Positions 1-11,864 of a stretch of DNA of 64,000 nucleotides are shown one piece after another. The stretch covers positions 13,764,001 to 13,828,000 of the forward strand of contig NC_087451.1 in assembly GCF_036321535.1 (NCBI RefSeq), in the 5' to 3' direction. The stretch comes from Camelus dromedarius. Its lineage: Eukaryota. Within the stretch, counting starts at the first letter, position 1, and each line of letters opens with the position of its first letter. The translations under genes were made by a program, and so were the position numbers. The notes beneath the pieces are model-generated. The model was not told the DNA's origin and did not search any database. It saw only the letters and a program-made list of their open reading frames with translations.

Positions 1-129
1 TTCTATCCCTCTAATGATGAGATTTGAAGAATCTCTTCTGGTCCCACAAGTTTAGGAAGCTACCGATAGTGAGATCTCCTGTCCATAAACATTAAAGATT
101 CTGATCAGTTGCTTAATGTCTTATTCTTA

Positions 130-1785
130 AGTATGAATAGAAACTCAAGAATAATTAACTATCTGATAAACTAAATGAATGACAAATATCACAAACAAAG
201 GGAGAAAAGGAACTAGGAGGAAGTAGAAATAAATTTTGGAAACAGAAATTAGAGGAGCAGAAGATAAGTAAAAATCATGAAATAATCTCAAAGATAATGA
301 ACCTCTGAGATAAGACCAGGTTGCTGGGGGGGAATTCAGGGGACAAGAAACAACTCCTAGAATTCAAAATTCAAAATAACTGAAGGGTAGAGAATATCTC
401 CCAGAAGACAGAACCAAATATAGAATAGGGGAGAAAAATAAGGATACTTTCTAGACAATTAATTAAACTTTCTACCAATAGGAGTTCCAGAAAGGAACAA
501 GGGGAATAAATTATTAAATTATTAGATACAATACAAAAATATTTTCACACACAAAAGGACATGAGTTTCAAGGTTCAAAGACCCATAATAGCTCACAGTG
601 AAAAAAAAATGCAACAATGAATATATGTATGTCCATGTATAACTGAAAAACTGTGCTCTACACTGGAAATTGACACAACATTGTAAAATGACTATAACTC
701 AAAAAAAAGCTAAAACACCAAAACAAAACCATAAAAAGTATCCAGCATAAGCAAGTGAGAAAAGACCATATCAAGACACGTCACTGTGAATTTTAACACC
801 TACGGATAAAAAAGATGACCCTAAAAATTTTTGGATAGAAAACACAAATCACCATTTATGGACTGGGACTCTCAACAGAATATATAAGGAAATAACTTCT
901 AAATATGGGAAGGAAATTATTTCCAACCTGAAATGATAAAGTCCTGCCAACATATCGAATTAAGGCAGAATAAACATTCTCAGATGTGCAATAACTCAAA
1001 ATATGCCCTCCATGTAACCTTTGTCAGGAAGCTACTATGCTTCATAAAAACAAGGCAGTGAAGGAAGAAGACGAAGCCTCTGCGCTCCAACAACAGGAGA
1101 TTTATCATAGGACAGACGGCAATCTGGATCCCCAGAGCCAGGCAGACAGCTCCCAGGTAAGAGCTGTGTGGCAGCAGCCCTTGGCAGCCACCAGTCCAGA
1201 TGGGAGCAGGAGATGTGAGGGCGCTAGGAAGGGCGTCACCAAGAACAAAGAGTACCTGATATACTTGCTGGTTGGGTAGGTGTTGTCCAGTTTTAGTGAC
1301 AAGTTTGATGATGAATTAATAATAGGTATACAGAAACTGAATAAGTGAAAAAATGGGGGCAATTATTAAGTACAGGGGAAGTGAAAATTGTACAAGAAGG
1401 GAAATACAATCATAGTATATTACACGGCTCTGCCGTGAACAAAACACACATGGTTGTTAATACAAAGAACTTACTTAGAAACTGATATAATTACATTATG
1501 TATTTGGGGCCAGGGAAACAGGGCTAAATCCTCATCAAAGTAGGAAATGAACAGATAAGGTCCAAAAGTGAAACATCAATAACTAATAATAGAGGCATGT
1601 TGTTTAGAAATACGGATGCAGGCACCCAAACTGCTAGAATGTGTGAAAGTAGTTGCCTCTGGAGAGAGGGAATAGGGTTGAGACGTATGGGGCAGGGTTG
1701 CTGTTTTTCTTTGTAAGCCTTTGTAGTATTGCTTGATTTTTGAACCATGTAACTATATTACTATTTATTAAAAATAAATTTTAAA
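130..1785 (+). mobile_element. Old L1-derived element, HAL1/L1ME-like (approximate limits)
   Basis: A-rich ORF1-like decay, 'tcaggaagctact', 'agcagcccttggcagccaccagtccagatgggagcag' and 3' end 'gttgcctctggagag...gtagtattgcttgatttttgaaccatgta...aaaaataaa' resemble the recalled HAL1 consensus. Confidence 0.55.
608..708 (+). mobile_element. Short young L1 3'-end fragment nested in the older element
   Basis: 'caatgaatatatgtatgtccatgtataactg...aaattgacacaacattgtaaaatgactataactcaaaaaaaa'; same tail type as 16664-16748. Confidence 0.65.
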
Positions 1786-2868
1786 AAGATACCACACCCA
1801 GCCTTGGCTCCCCAGGGCAATTCTGGGGGACAATGGGCTTTGGCCAGGAGATGGGCACTCTGATACAACTCTCAGAGATCCCTTCCTCACCCACGTCCTA
1901 GCCCTTACCCCTACAGCATGCTGCTTTCAATTGTTTCCTTGTCTTTCTCAGGGGGCTAAGAGCCCCCAGAAAGCCGGATGCTGCATTGTCATCCCTGTCC
2001 CCGCCCTGTGCCGCTCCTTACTGGCTAGCCTGGGGCCTAGAACTTCGCAGGTGCTCAGTGCTCAGCACTGCTCTCACGAGTGAGTGTAGGCAGAAAGGGT
2101 TTATGGTCCAAAGAATCCCTTGTGAAGGTAACATTGAGGAAAGGGTGGGGCGGCTAGTAAGCCTTGGCAAGAAGGTGGCGAAGCCTGGGCCAGTGGCCTC
2201 CCCTGACCAGCCGTGCATCCTTGTACAATTCTGTCTCACCTATTGTGGTTTTGCTGCCTGGGGACCACATGACCACACCAGGAACTTCTGTCCTTCCTCA
2301 CAGTTGGCCCAATGCACTGCCCTTGCCATTGAGGGCAACCCAGAAGTACAGGTGGTCTGTATCCCAAAAAATCCTCTCCTTTTGAAGGAGTGGGGCCATA
2401 TGCTAACCATGCCACCAAGTGCCTTCTCTGCACTGGTTCATTTAATTCTCACAGAAGTCCCAGGAGTTAGGTGTTGGCCTTTCCCTCCCTATCATTTTAC
2501 AAGTGAAAGAACTGAGGTTTGTAGAAGCTAAGTATCTTTCTGATGTGCTCTTAATCACCATGCTGGTACCCCCAACAGCTGACTTTTGTTTCCAACGGTG
2601 TCAGAGCTGGGAGAGCCCTTCAATGAGAAAACGAAGGCTTAGACAGGAAAGTATCTCACCCAGGGTTACAGCAGAGCTGGTGGAAGAGCTCAGACGAAAA
2701 CCCTGCCTCCTGAATTCCTGTCCAGTGCATACCCACTGACTCCCGGCTTAAGCCAGCCTATCTGGGAAGGACTAGGCAGCAAACGGCTCCTCGAGGAGTA
2801 ACGCCCCCTGCCCCTCTGCTCGTCCAGCTAGTTGCGAAGCTGACAGGGTGGGAAAGAGGTCCTCCTAC

Positions 2869-2982
2869 CTTCCCAGCACCGCTCTCTCCACTGACGACAA
2901 TAGACTGGTTGACTGGCTCAATCAGGCTCCTGACATTCCTGTAGGTCTGTTCACCCACCGTGAAGATGTGGGGCTTCAGTTT
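2869..2982 (-). CDS. MYO19: Myosin XIX coding exon 4 (P-loop); gene continues off the left edge
   Basis: 114 nt, phase 0/0, tttcag| acceptor and |gtagga donor; encodes KLKPHIFTVGEQTYRNVRSLIEPVNQSIVVSGESGAGK with the myosin P-loop GESGAGK. Confidence 0.96.
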
Positions 2983-4340
2983 CTGAAACATCAAGGGGTG
3001 AAAAGTCACATGAGAGAACACCTGTCTTCAAGGAGTGATTGATCTAATGACGGCTGAGATGGGGAGGTTGCCAACAGTAGTCCCAGAAGGCTTCCTCTAG
3101 AAAAATTTCCTGCAAGTAACAATGTGAGGCCCAACTGTGGGATCCCCATGGTGGTTTTATCCATTCATCTTCTCTCAGTCTGGAAGCAGTGCTGGCCTTG
3201 CCCAGTCTATGACATTAACACTTTATCCTCCCATCTTCATAGTTTCATTCTATTTATTATTTTATGTAATTGTACTTCACAAGAACTTTGCCTAAGAAGT
3301 CCGTGCATTACTGGAATAGCTAACCCTGTTTTATATCTGAGTTTCAGAAGGGTTAAATAACTTTATCAAGGCCACTCAGCAAAAAAATGCATCCATGTGA
3401 CTTAATTCCAAAGTCTCCATTCTCCTTTCCATCAACAAATATTAATTGTCCTCAATGTGCTGGGCCCTGAGGAAACAGAGGGGACCATGACATGGCTTTA
3501 CCTTTGAGGAGACAGACAGTCAGTAATCTATGGGCTCTCAGATCTCCCCTGGCTCCCACTCAAACACTAACCATGCAAGAGCCAGGCCACCTGCACAAAG
3601 CCAAGCCAGCCCAGCACCCCCCAGCCAGGACTGAACACTTACCCACGGCTTCTTGAAGGGAGAAAGCATCATTCTGGGTGGTGTCAGAACCTTCCCTCTC
3701 TCCCCCTGCCCTCGCCCCATCCACCTCTCACCTGGACTGTTACAAAGCCTCCAACCGTTCTCCCTGTCTCCTGTCTCACCTTCCTGAACCCAACTCCCCC
3801 AGCTTCCAGAGTAATTATCTCACCCCTGGTGAAGAAGCTTTGTGAACCCTCCTCCCGCCTTGCTTCTCCATGTTTTTTAACATCAGCTAGTCCATTCCCT
3901 GGCTGCACCAGTCCCGTAGCCACCCCCATAAGAAGTTATTCCTCATTCCTGTCAGTGGGGATGAACATGTGAATTTTCTAGGGAAATCCTTATTTCATGT
4001 AATTTTATTCTTTTCTAAAAAAGTGGTTTGGTAAATACACAAATGTCCCCTTGTAAGTCCTTTCCTTTTAATAAGTTGACAAACAAGAAAAAAAAATCAT
4101 CTGTCCTATGTCCCTATTTTAGGTTCCAAAATCAGCTGAACAAGTATTTCTTTATCTTCCACTATGCACCTACTGTTATGCATCCAAAATTCTGTGAGCT
4201 CCTGGTGGGCAGGGCCATGGCACCAGCCAACTGTGCATGACTGCATGGCCGGTGAATACATGGATAAGGACTAGGAAGCTCCAGGGTGGCCTACAGGAGG
4301 AGGGGGAGCCCTGAGGCCACGGGAAGCGGCTGTGTCTTAC

Positions 4341-4489
4341 CTGGGGCTGAGGAGCAGCGTGGTACTCTCTCATCAGCTCTGGCGAGTAGAGCTGAGGGAC
4401 GGGCTTGAAGGGGTTCAGAGCCACCAGGGTGCAGCCAGCATTGGTGTAGAACGTGTCAGCTGTGTACCGGGCCTGCAGACACCTCAGGA
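4341..4489 (-). CDS. MYO19: Myosin XIX coding exon 3
   Basis: 149 nt, cctcag| and |gtaaga; encodes (V)LRCLQARYTADTFYTNAGCTLVALNPFKPVPQLYSPELMREYHAAPQPQ. Confidence 0.96.
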
Positions 4490-4801
4490 CTGAGGCAGAG
4501 GTGCCTTTAGCAGACTCTGGCTCAAACGGAGACATAACTGCACATTCAGACAAACATCCGCCCAACAGTGCTCCTTCTGCAATTAGCCAGGTGCCACAAG
4601 ATCTAATTAAGATGAGCCCCACCTCTGGAGCAAAGCCTCTGCTAAGGAGCCTGGGGGCAGCTGCCAGGCAGAGGTCTGCCCCTCTGGCTCCAGGTCAGGA
4701 GTCCTGCCTGCCTCCGCCTGGCCAGGGGCAGCGGTGTTGAATACCCTCATCACACCTCCACGCTCTTGGAGACCACACACTCGAGGAGGGGGTGTCCGTA
4801 C

Positions 4802-4940
4802 CTGTCTCCAGCGTCACAGGATTCACCTTGGTGAGGTCATCCAGCTGGTGCAGCGGGACCTCCCCACCAAGGAACTCCTGCAGGTCTTCTCTGAGGGATT
4901 CCCTGCCTTGGGCATCAGAGCCTGAACTGTGGCCATTAAC
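4802..4940 (-). CDS. MYO19: Myosin XIX coding exon 2
   Basis: 139 nt, cctag| and |gtacgg; encodes VNGHSSGSDAQGRESLREDLQEFLGGEVPLHQLDDLTKVNPVTLET; phases join to both neighbours. Confidence 0.95.
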
Positions 4941-5056
4941 CTAGGAGGGAATAACAGGACCAGGAGAGCTGAGACTCGGGCCAGCTGGCAGCTATGAAAG
5001 GGTGGGGCCTGTAGAGTAGAACGAGAACAGGCCTCTAGTATCATAGTCTGGATGTT

Positions 5057-5245
5057 CAAATTTCAGCTCTGCCCCTTTCTAGACCTATGAGCTTGGGTAA
5101 GTTACTTAACCTCTCTGAGCCACAGTTTCTTAATTTATAAATAAAGGAAAATAAAACCAACTCATAGGGCTGTTAGGAAGAAAAATAAGGAGAGATACAC
5201 AAAGCAGTTAGTGCCTGGCACACGGCAGGTACTCAGCAAATGAAT
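5057..5245 (+). mobile_element. MIR SINE
   Basis: MIR core 'ttgggtaagttacttaacctctctgagccacagtttct...agtgcctggcacacggcaggtactcagcaaat'. Confidence 0.75.
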
Positions 5246-6061
5246 AAACGCTATTGTCTCTCCTCTGCCATGAGTTCCTACCTCCAGCCTGGCCAGCTAC
5301 CAGCCTTACTGGGGCCCAAGGCAGGGGGCTGCTGCAGGAGTATTACAAAGGAAAAGAACAATGATTTGGACCTCTTTTGAAAGAGACTATTCAGCCTGAG
5401 ATGAAAAATCAGCTGTGAGGTAGCCCCATGCCTTCATCATCTGCCTCTTGGGGCTTAAATTTAGTCTAGCTGATTAATTAGCTCCTGCTGCCCTGGTCTA
5501 CTTGAGAGAAAGCCTGGCTCAGAAGTCAGATGAGGTCAAGAACGAGCACCAAGGGGAAAGGCCCTTTCCCCCTTGCCCATCCTCAGTGCCAAAATTTTTC
5601 ACGTTTCCTCTCCCCATTTTCCTCCCATGGTCCCATTTCTCATTTTCCCTCCCTGGGGGCTGCAGGGAAGATGGTGTGAGGAGTAGGAGAACACAGGAAT
5701 AACCTGGCTGAAATCTGCTTTTGAAATCTGGAAGGGGTCTGTGATATAACATGTGTGGGTTTCCGTGAGACAAGTGAACCTTAAAGTTCAAACCCCTCCA
5801 GCTAAAGTGGCAAGTGTCATCTGAGAGGCCCAGTAAGTTTCTTTCCAAAGGTATTGCCTCTTCTTTGAACTTGGGCCCACCATAACGCACAAGGCAGGCT
5901 CTTGACCTCCATGCTGAGCATGGCTGGGTCCAGGCAAATCCCTCCGTCCTAGGGGTAAAAAGGAAATCAGCCACAAACCCAGCCATAATTTATGAACAGC
6001 TCTGATCCAACCAGAGAGGCAGCTGAATATAATGGCCCTTGACCCAGAACTGAAAGCTAGA

Positions 6062-6255
6062 TTGTCAGGGTTAGAATCTTGATTCTACCACTTCCTAGTC
6101 GTGTAATCTTATGTAAGTTTCCTAATCTCTTTGTGCCTCAATTTTCCTCATCTGTAAAATGGGAGTGGAGGTAGGACCTACCTCATAGATACTGATAAGC
6201 ACACAAGGTATTTAGAAAAGGCATCTGGTATTTGCCACCAAAAGTTAGCTATTAC
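6062..6255 (+). mobile_element. MIR SINE
   Basis: 'aagtttcctaatctctttgtgcctcaattttcctcatctgtaaaatggga'. Confidence 0.75.
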
Positions 6256-7834
6256 TAATTATTCTATTAAAAGCAGCTCTTCTAATTAGACAATAATATA
6301 TCAAGGGCCTTAAAACTATATGTCCTTTCAACCTGCAATTCTGCTTCTAGAAAATAATCCTGTGTAATGGCCATAAGAATGTTCACTGTACATAGAAACA
6401 TTTATAATTGTAGGAAAATTGAAAACAACCCAAATGTCCAAACAGTAGCTTAAATTATAGTACATTCTTACTATAGAATAAAGCAGTTACAAAAAGTATA
6501 CCTTTAAATGTTTAAAAAATACACACTTAGGGAAAAAGATCTAGGATATTCTCTAAAACGTTGGTTATCTCTGGATAGTACAATTATGGGTAATTTTAAT
6601 GTTCTTTTTGCTTATTTATATTTTCCACATTGCTTATGATGAACGTGACCTTGAATAAATCACTTAACTTCTCTGAGCCTTATCTCCGAAATGGGAATGT
6701 AGCCGCACTGCACATACAATGCTGTATCTTTCTCAAGGACTAAACAAAGCTATACATGTAAAATGATTAATATAATGCCTACTACATAGCAGGGCTCAAC
6801 ATGGAGCAGCTGCTAGAACACTTATGATGAAAATTACTGCTTTTTTCATAAGAAAAGAAATAAACTAAAAATGGATAATAAAAAAGCCCAGAGCAGACAA
6901 CTGTCCTGTCTGCTTCTCTCCAGCCTCTAGCCTGTTTCACGAGCCAAAAGGTGGGGAGAAGGTCACGCAGCAGTGTCTACCGTGGCTCCCTTGAGGCTGG
7001 CTGACCTCACACTCAGTCATCCTGTCTTACCTGCCTTCTCCCCTAGACCGTGAGCTCCTTGAGGGCAGGTTATCATCTGAAACATCTGCCTCGGTGCCAG
7101 TGGGAACACTCAATAAATAAAAACTCAGCAAGTATCTCCTGGCTTTCTCTCGGGGCCAAGAGCTGCATGTGAAGGATGATATGGGTATGAGATGCAGCTC
7201 CACGGTGGAGGGTGATTTGGAATCCTGCAGGCCTGGGGCCAAAGGAGACTTTCCAGAGGGGCAGAGGTCTGAAGTAAGGGCAGGTTTCATGTCCCAGTAG
7301 CAACCCCCCATGCACCCCATGGTCCATTCAGTGGAATCCTTGCGTATTTCCACATAGGTCATCTTCCACATTTTTGCACAGGCTGATCTCTTTGCCTGGA
7401 CTGCTTATTTTCCTTCTTTACTTGCCTAACTCCTACTTGTCCTTTAAGGCTCAGCTTCAAGGAACATCTCCTCTTGGAAGCCCCAGACTTCCACTTGCTT
7501 TAAAAACTCAGGCTGCAAGGGACATCTCTCAGGACTCCCTCACTAGTTCAGACCTGTAAGGTCACCAAAATGCCCTTAGGATGCCCTTACACATCCCAGG
7601 AAGAGGAGCTAAAAACCACAATAGGAGAGATTCAAATTAGGTATCAGGAAGAGCTTCCTGGTGACAGATGAAAGGCATTGGAGTGACTGTGTGAAAAGAC
7701 AAAGAAAGATCTTTAAAGGGTCTTTCCCTTCCTTCCAGGTTAGGGTAGCGGAAGCTTCATCTGGGCAAGTGAAAGATGCAGAGGTGCTTCAGGTGCTTGA
7801 GGGCCTGGGTTGTCTAAGGGTGGGCAGACTTTAC

Positions 7835-7846
7835 CTGCTGGAGCAT
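7835..7846 (-). CDS. MYO19: Myosin XIX first coding segment MLQQ (whole exon about 7835-7967 including 5'UTR)
   Basis: ATGCTCCAGCAG|gtaaag on minus strand; acceptor tttgtctcag| ending at 7968; matches the known MYO19 N-terminus MLQQVNGH. Confidence 0.9.
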
Positions 7847-9539
7847 CCTGCTTCAATGTGGTCAGCCAGGGTTCTGGGTTGCAGGCACCAGGAGCTGCTA
7901 TCCACCTGGTCATGGGGGCACAGGCTCGGGCATGGGTCCAGCAAAGGGCTCAGTTCTCAAGGAATCTCTGAGACAAATCACCCAAGAGCCTGTGGCATGA
8001 GAGAGAAGACCAAGGCCACACACAGGTGAGGGCTTCTCCAGGGTGACTCACTCACTCTCCTCCCACCAGGCAGGAGGAACCAAAATGAGGATCAGGGCGA
8101 GCCTCAGCAGAGAGGGAGAGTCCATCCCGCCCTCAACCAATTAGGGAGCAGGAAAAACTTTTACGAGCGGCTCCTGAGGCTCCCTGCGCTCCTTCAGGGC
8201 AACTTTTACTACAGGGGTTTGGGGTGGGGCCGCAAATCTTCTGGGTCAGTGTGCCATGGAGGATGAGGACCGTGGAAGACAGAGAAGCCTCATGCCTCAT
8301 CCTCTCCAGTAGACAGAAATATCCTATCAGTGTAGCCAGTAGTCCATGGGGCGGGGAGGCTGGAGTCAACTCCTGATGTTCCAGGAAGACTACTGGGTGG
8401 GAGGGGAATCACAGCTCAGTCCTTGGCTGGTAAGCCACCTCACCTCCCTGGCCCACCTTGATTCCTCATCTTGAAAATGGGGATAATAAAAGCTACCTCA
8501 CAAGGAGAGGTTGTGAAGGTCAGTGAGGTCATAGATTGAAAGTACCTGACAAAGTACAAATCTGAATCCTCACTCAGAGGGAGAAAATTGTTGATACTGT
8601 CACTAAGAAGGGATAACCCATTCGGAGGCACTAATCAGGTGGAACAGTCCAGTGTCAATTTTAACAAAGTGAAGATTTCAGACAGGGGGTACTGTGAGGC
8701 CCTAGGCCTGTCTCTGAAAAACTGTGACTCTCAGACTCAGAATTACCCAGGTCTCACACTTCCCCAGCAAGGAGGGTTGAGGACGAGGGATGTCTGTAAT
8801 GGACTGACCTTGGTAGAGACTTTCTTGAGACTCTGAATACATCTAGCCTTTGAAAGAACTCAGGGATAGGGACTTTCATGGAAACTGGAAAAAGGACAAT
8901 TCAGGCAGAGGAGGGAATCAGGACTGTGTTGGACACATTCACCCTGGACAAGGGACTGCCATGTAAAAGGTTCCCAAGACTCAAGGCCAACAAAGCTCCC
9001 TCAACTGGAAACTCATTTAAAAGAGAGGACCAGAGGGGGAGCATAACAGATTGTGGGGTTAGAATCCAAAGCCCACAAGCCCTAAAACACAGTTCACAAG
9101 AGCTCTCTAAACCTTATTCCGTTTCTTCGTTTGCAAAAAGGACTACCAATATCCAGACCTCACAGCGCTGAGTTAAGGATCAAATGGGGTGGCAGTACCT
9201 CTGAGAGCGCTTTGCAAATGTTGGTTTATTACGATGCAGGGTCCACTTCCAGCCAGAATCAACTCATTAGAGCAGTTTTCTCCAGTCTCCTAGCTCTTGC
9301 TCCCTGTCGGCTTCGCGGTTACAAGCCAAGAATTTCTGGAAAGGGTGTGAAGGGTATAACTACTGTGGGCTGGAGGGAGACAGTAATGAATAGATGAAAC
9401 ACCTAGCCAAGGCAAGGCAAGCAGCAACCTGATCATCAGTTCCTCCCACCCTTCCTCCCATTCCCCTCCGACCCCTTCCCCCCAGCCTCAGGTTCTTTCT
9501 GTGCTCAGAGGACAGTGAGAGGACAGACGAGAAGAGCAG

Positions 9540-10870
9540 GGTAAGGGTCCTGGGAGGCCTGCCGGCCTCGCCCCCAGATTACCGGCGGGAACCGGGCACT
9601 CCTAGTCCCGGCGCGGTGTGCGGCGGACCCAGGGCTGGGATGCCGCTCCGGAAGCAGCTGGCACGGGGAGGGTTTGTCCTTCCCGGGAAGGTGGACGTGA
9701 CCCCAGCCAAGGGCGCGGTTGTCCTATTGCCTCCCCGGGCCAGCTGCCCCTTCCTGGGTAACTAGGTAAGGAGAATGGAGGAGCTGGGGCCAGGATCTCC
9801 CCCCACCTCGGGCCGCCCCCTGCCGGCACAGTGGAAAGGTGGAGAGTGACCGTGAAAGGTCCTTGTTCTGGAAAAGGCAAAAAGCTGGGCTACCTACTCC
9901 TGGGATACGAGAGGGTCAAAAAGAAAAAAGCAAAGGGAAGGGAAACGGCGCTTCGGAAAGGGGAGGGAGAGGCTCCCTCTTCTTCCTTAGCGCTCCGGGG
10001 ACCCACCGGCCTCTCCGGCTCCTTCGTGCTCGTGAAGGGCTTCGGACCTGGCTGGAGGTGGCACTCACCGGTCCCACGGCTTGAGCCGCCAAGCGTGCGG
10101 CCCCCGCCGGGCCCGACTGGAAAGGCAGACGGGCGAGCCGGGTGAGGCGGCGGGAAGAGCCCGGGAGAAGAGGGCGGAGGGAAGGGCGTGGGCCAGCCCC
10201 GGAGGAGAGAAAGCCGAGAATTGCGGAGCACACCCGCCGGCTGCGGCCCTGACCACATGGCCAGGAGCCCGCCGGCTCCTCCCCTGGGGCGGGGCGCACA
10301 CTCGCGGCGCGGGGCGCACGTGGCCCGCCCCGGACGCCGGGATCCAGAGTTGGGGGCTCGATCCCGGACAAAGTATCTTGAGACCCTGGAGTAAGATGGG
10401 GGAAGGGGACCAAGAGTGGGGATTTCTGGGTCTCCGGGCCCTCACGGGGCCGTGGGTCGCTCAGTAGGGAAACCAGGCCTCCGGACCCAGCCACTGACAG
10501 GGCCTCGCCGTGGGGTCTGAGGGCCAGTGGTGAGGTTCGGGACCCGCCTTTTCCGCTCAGGCTCCTCTGACCGACCTGCCCACGGCCGCGACCCGAGAGG
10601 ACCCAACTTGGGCAAGCCCCTGGCAGGGAAGGACGCGCGTGGGGAGCCTCCTGGGCGGGGACACGTAGGGTCAGCTGCCCCGGAAGCGCAGCCCTCCGGG
10701 CGCCAGCCGGAAGCGCCGCTCCGGAGGCTGAAGCGCCTGGCTTCCGCGCGGCCGGCGGGTGCGGTGGGATCCCCGCGGCCCGGCCCACTTAAACGTCCCC
10801 GTGCGGAGGGGTCGCCAAGACCACCTGGAGCGCGTGAGGTGTAAGGGCCCGCGCGGCCGGCGCTTGTGTC
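9540..10870. promoter_or_regulatory. CpG island; head-to-head bidirectional promoter of MYO19 and PIGW
   Basis: Dense CpG and GC; tandem ETS-type CCGGAAG motifs near 10680 and 10707 and CTTCCG at 10741; minus-strand donor cg|gtgagt at 10069/10068; plus-strand donor candidates at 10759 (gtgcgg) and 10841 (gtaagg). Confidence 0.85.
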
Positions 10871-11564
10871 TGTCAGGAAAAAGCCTCTTTTATTTTTAAA
10901 GGCCAACCGATTTGAATCGGCTTATTCCCGGGAGGTATTGTTGCTGGGCCCAGAAAGGCCACCACGCATGCATGCGTTCTTTTATTCCGTATGGTTCTCT
11001 TTTGGCCAGCAAATGTGTTCTTCTGTGCCACTTTTTAGACATTCATATGTAGCAGAGACGTGTTTTATATCCCTTTAAAACAACTGACACTTTTATGTAC
11101 CGTTCGGGCCCCTGCTCTACGATTAGCATCCATTCTACCTACCGACATTTTAACCTGTAAATGAGGTAAGGAGCAGCCTGGGGCTCAGATTTTGTACTAG
11201 AGGCAACAGGTTCGGAGAGGCTCTAAACAGAAACCAAGGCCCCCAACTCCAAAGTGTACCTAATACGTTTTTCCCTATCCCGCTCCTTCTTTTTGAGACT
11301 TGACTCTAAATCATGTTAGGTATATTCAATTTTCATTATATTATCTTCATGTCATATACAATGCTCTGTAACAGGAATTCCTGTCCTACTATGATTCCAT
11401 TATCTATTTCACTTTCTTTTGTGAGTCTGCCTTAGAATAGCTAAAGCTTTTAACCGATCATTTCATACTACTTGTGTGATATCCTTACCCTCATGTGTTA
11501 GTGTTAGACTTATTCCAACAATACTTGGAATGAACAAATGCAATAAACTAAAAAAAAATTTAAA

Positions 11565-11680
11565 GGGGGAGGATATAGCTCGGTTGTGAGTGCATAGCAT
11601 GCAGGAGGTCCGGGGTTCAATCCCCAGTACCTCCATTAAAAAAATAAATAAAACTTACCCCCCCCAAAAAATCAAACAAA
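11565..11680 (+). mobile_element. tRNA-derived SINE, camelid type
   Basis: ggggaggatatagctc...ggggttcaatccccagtacctcc followed by A-rich tail and C-run. Confidence 0.85.
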
Positions 11681-11864
11681 CATGTAATAAAGTGAAAAAA
11701 CATTTTTTTAAATCCTCAGAAGGAGAATTTCAAGTCCTATATTCTGCACTGAAACTTAGGAATAAGTAAAGTCAACTCAGGTACATATTTATGCCAATTC
11801 CATAAAAACATTGCTTTTCACAAATGCATTCTTTTGCTCTTGTTTACCTAGGAAGAAGAAAAAA

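Noticed and set aside
1986-2531. 181-aa ORF in a MYO19 intron
   Set aside because: Non-ATG start, no domain resemblance, ends within a MIR fragment; the next MYO19 exon (TWTSRCLMKF) was not found here and must lie left of the window.
9602-10906. Overlapping 100-290 aa ORFs on both strands
   Set aside because: Pro/Arg/Gly/Ala-rich stop-poor frames typical of CpG islands; no recognisable domain.
11811-11864. 18-aa N-terminal extension of PIGW in the ORF track
   Set aside because: Starts at a non-ATG codon inside the intron pyrimidine tract; splice acceptor at 11850-11851; orthologous start is MSQKQ at 11865.
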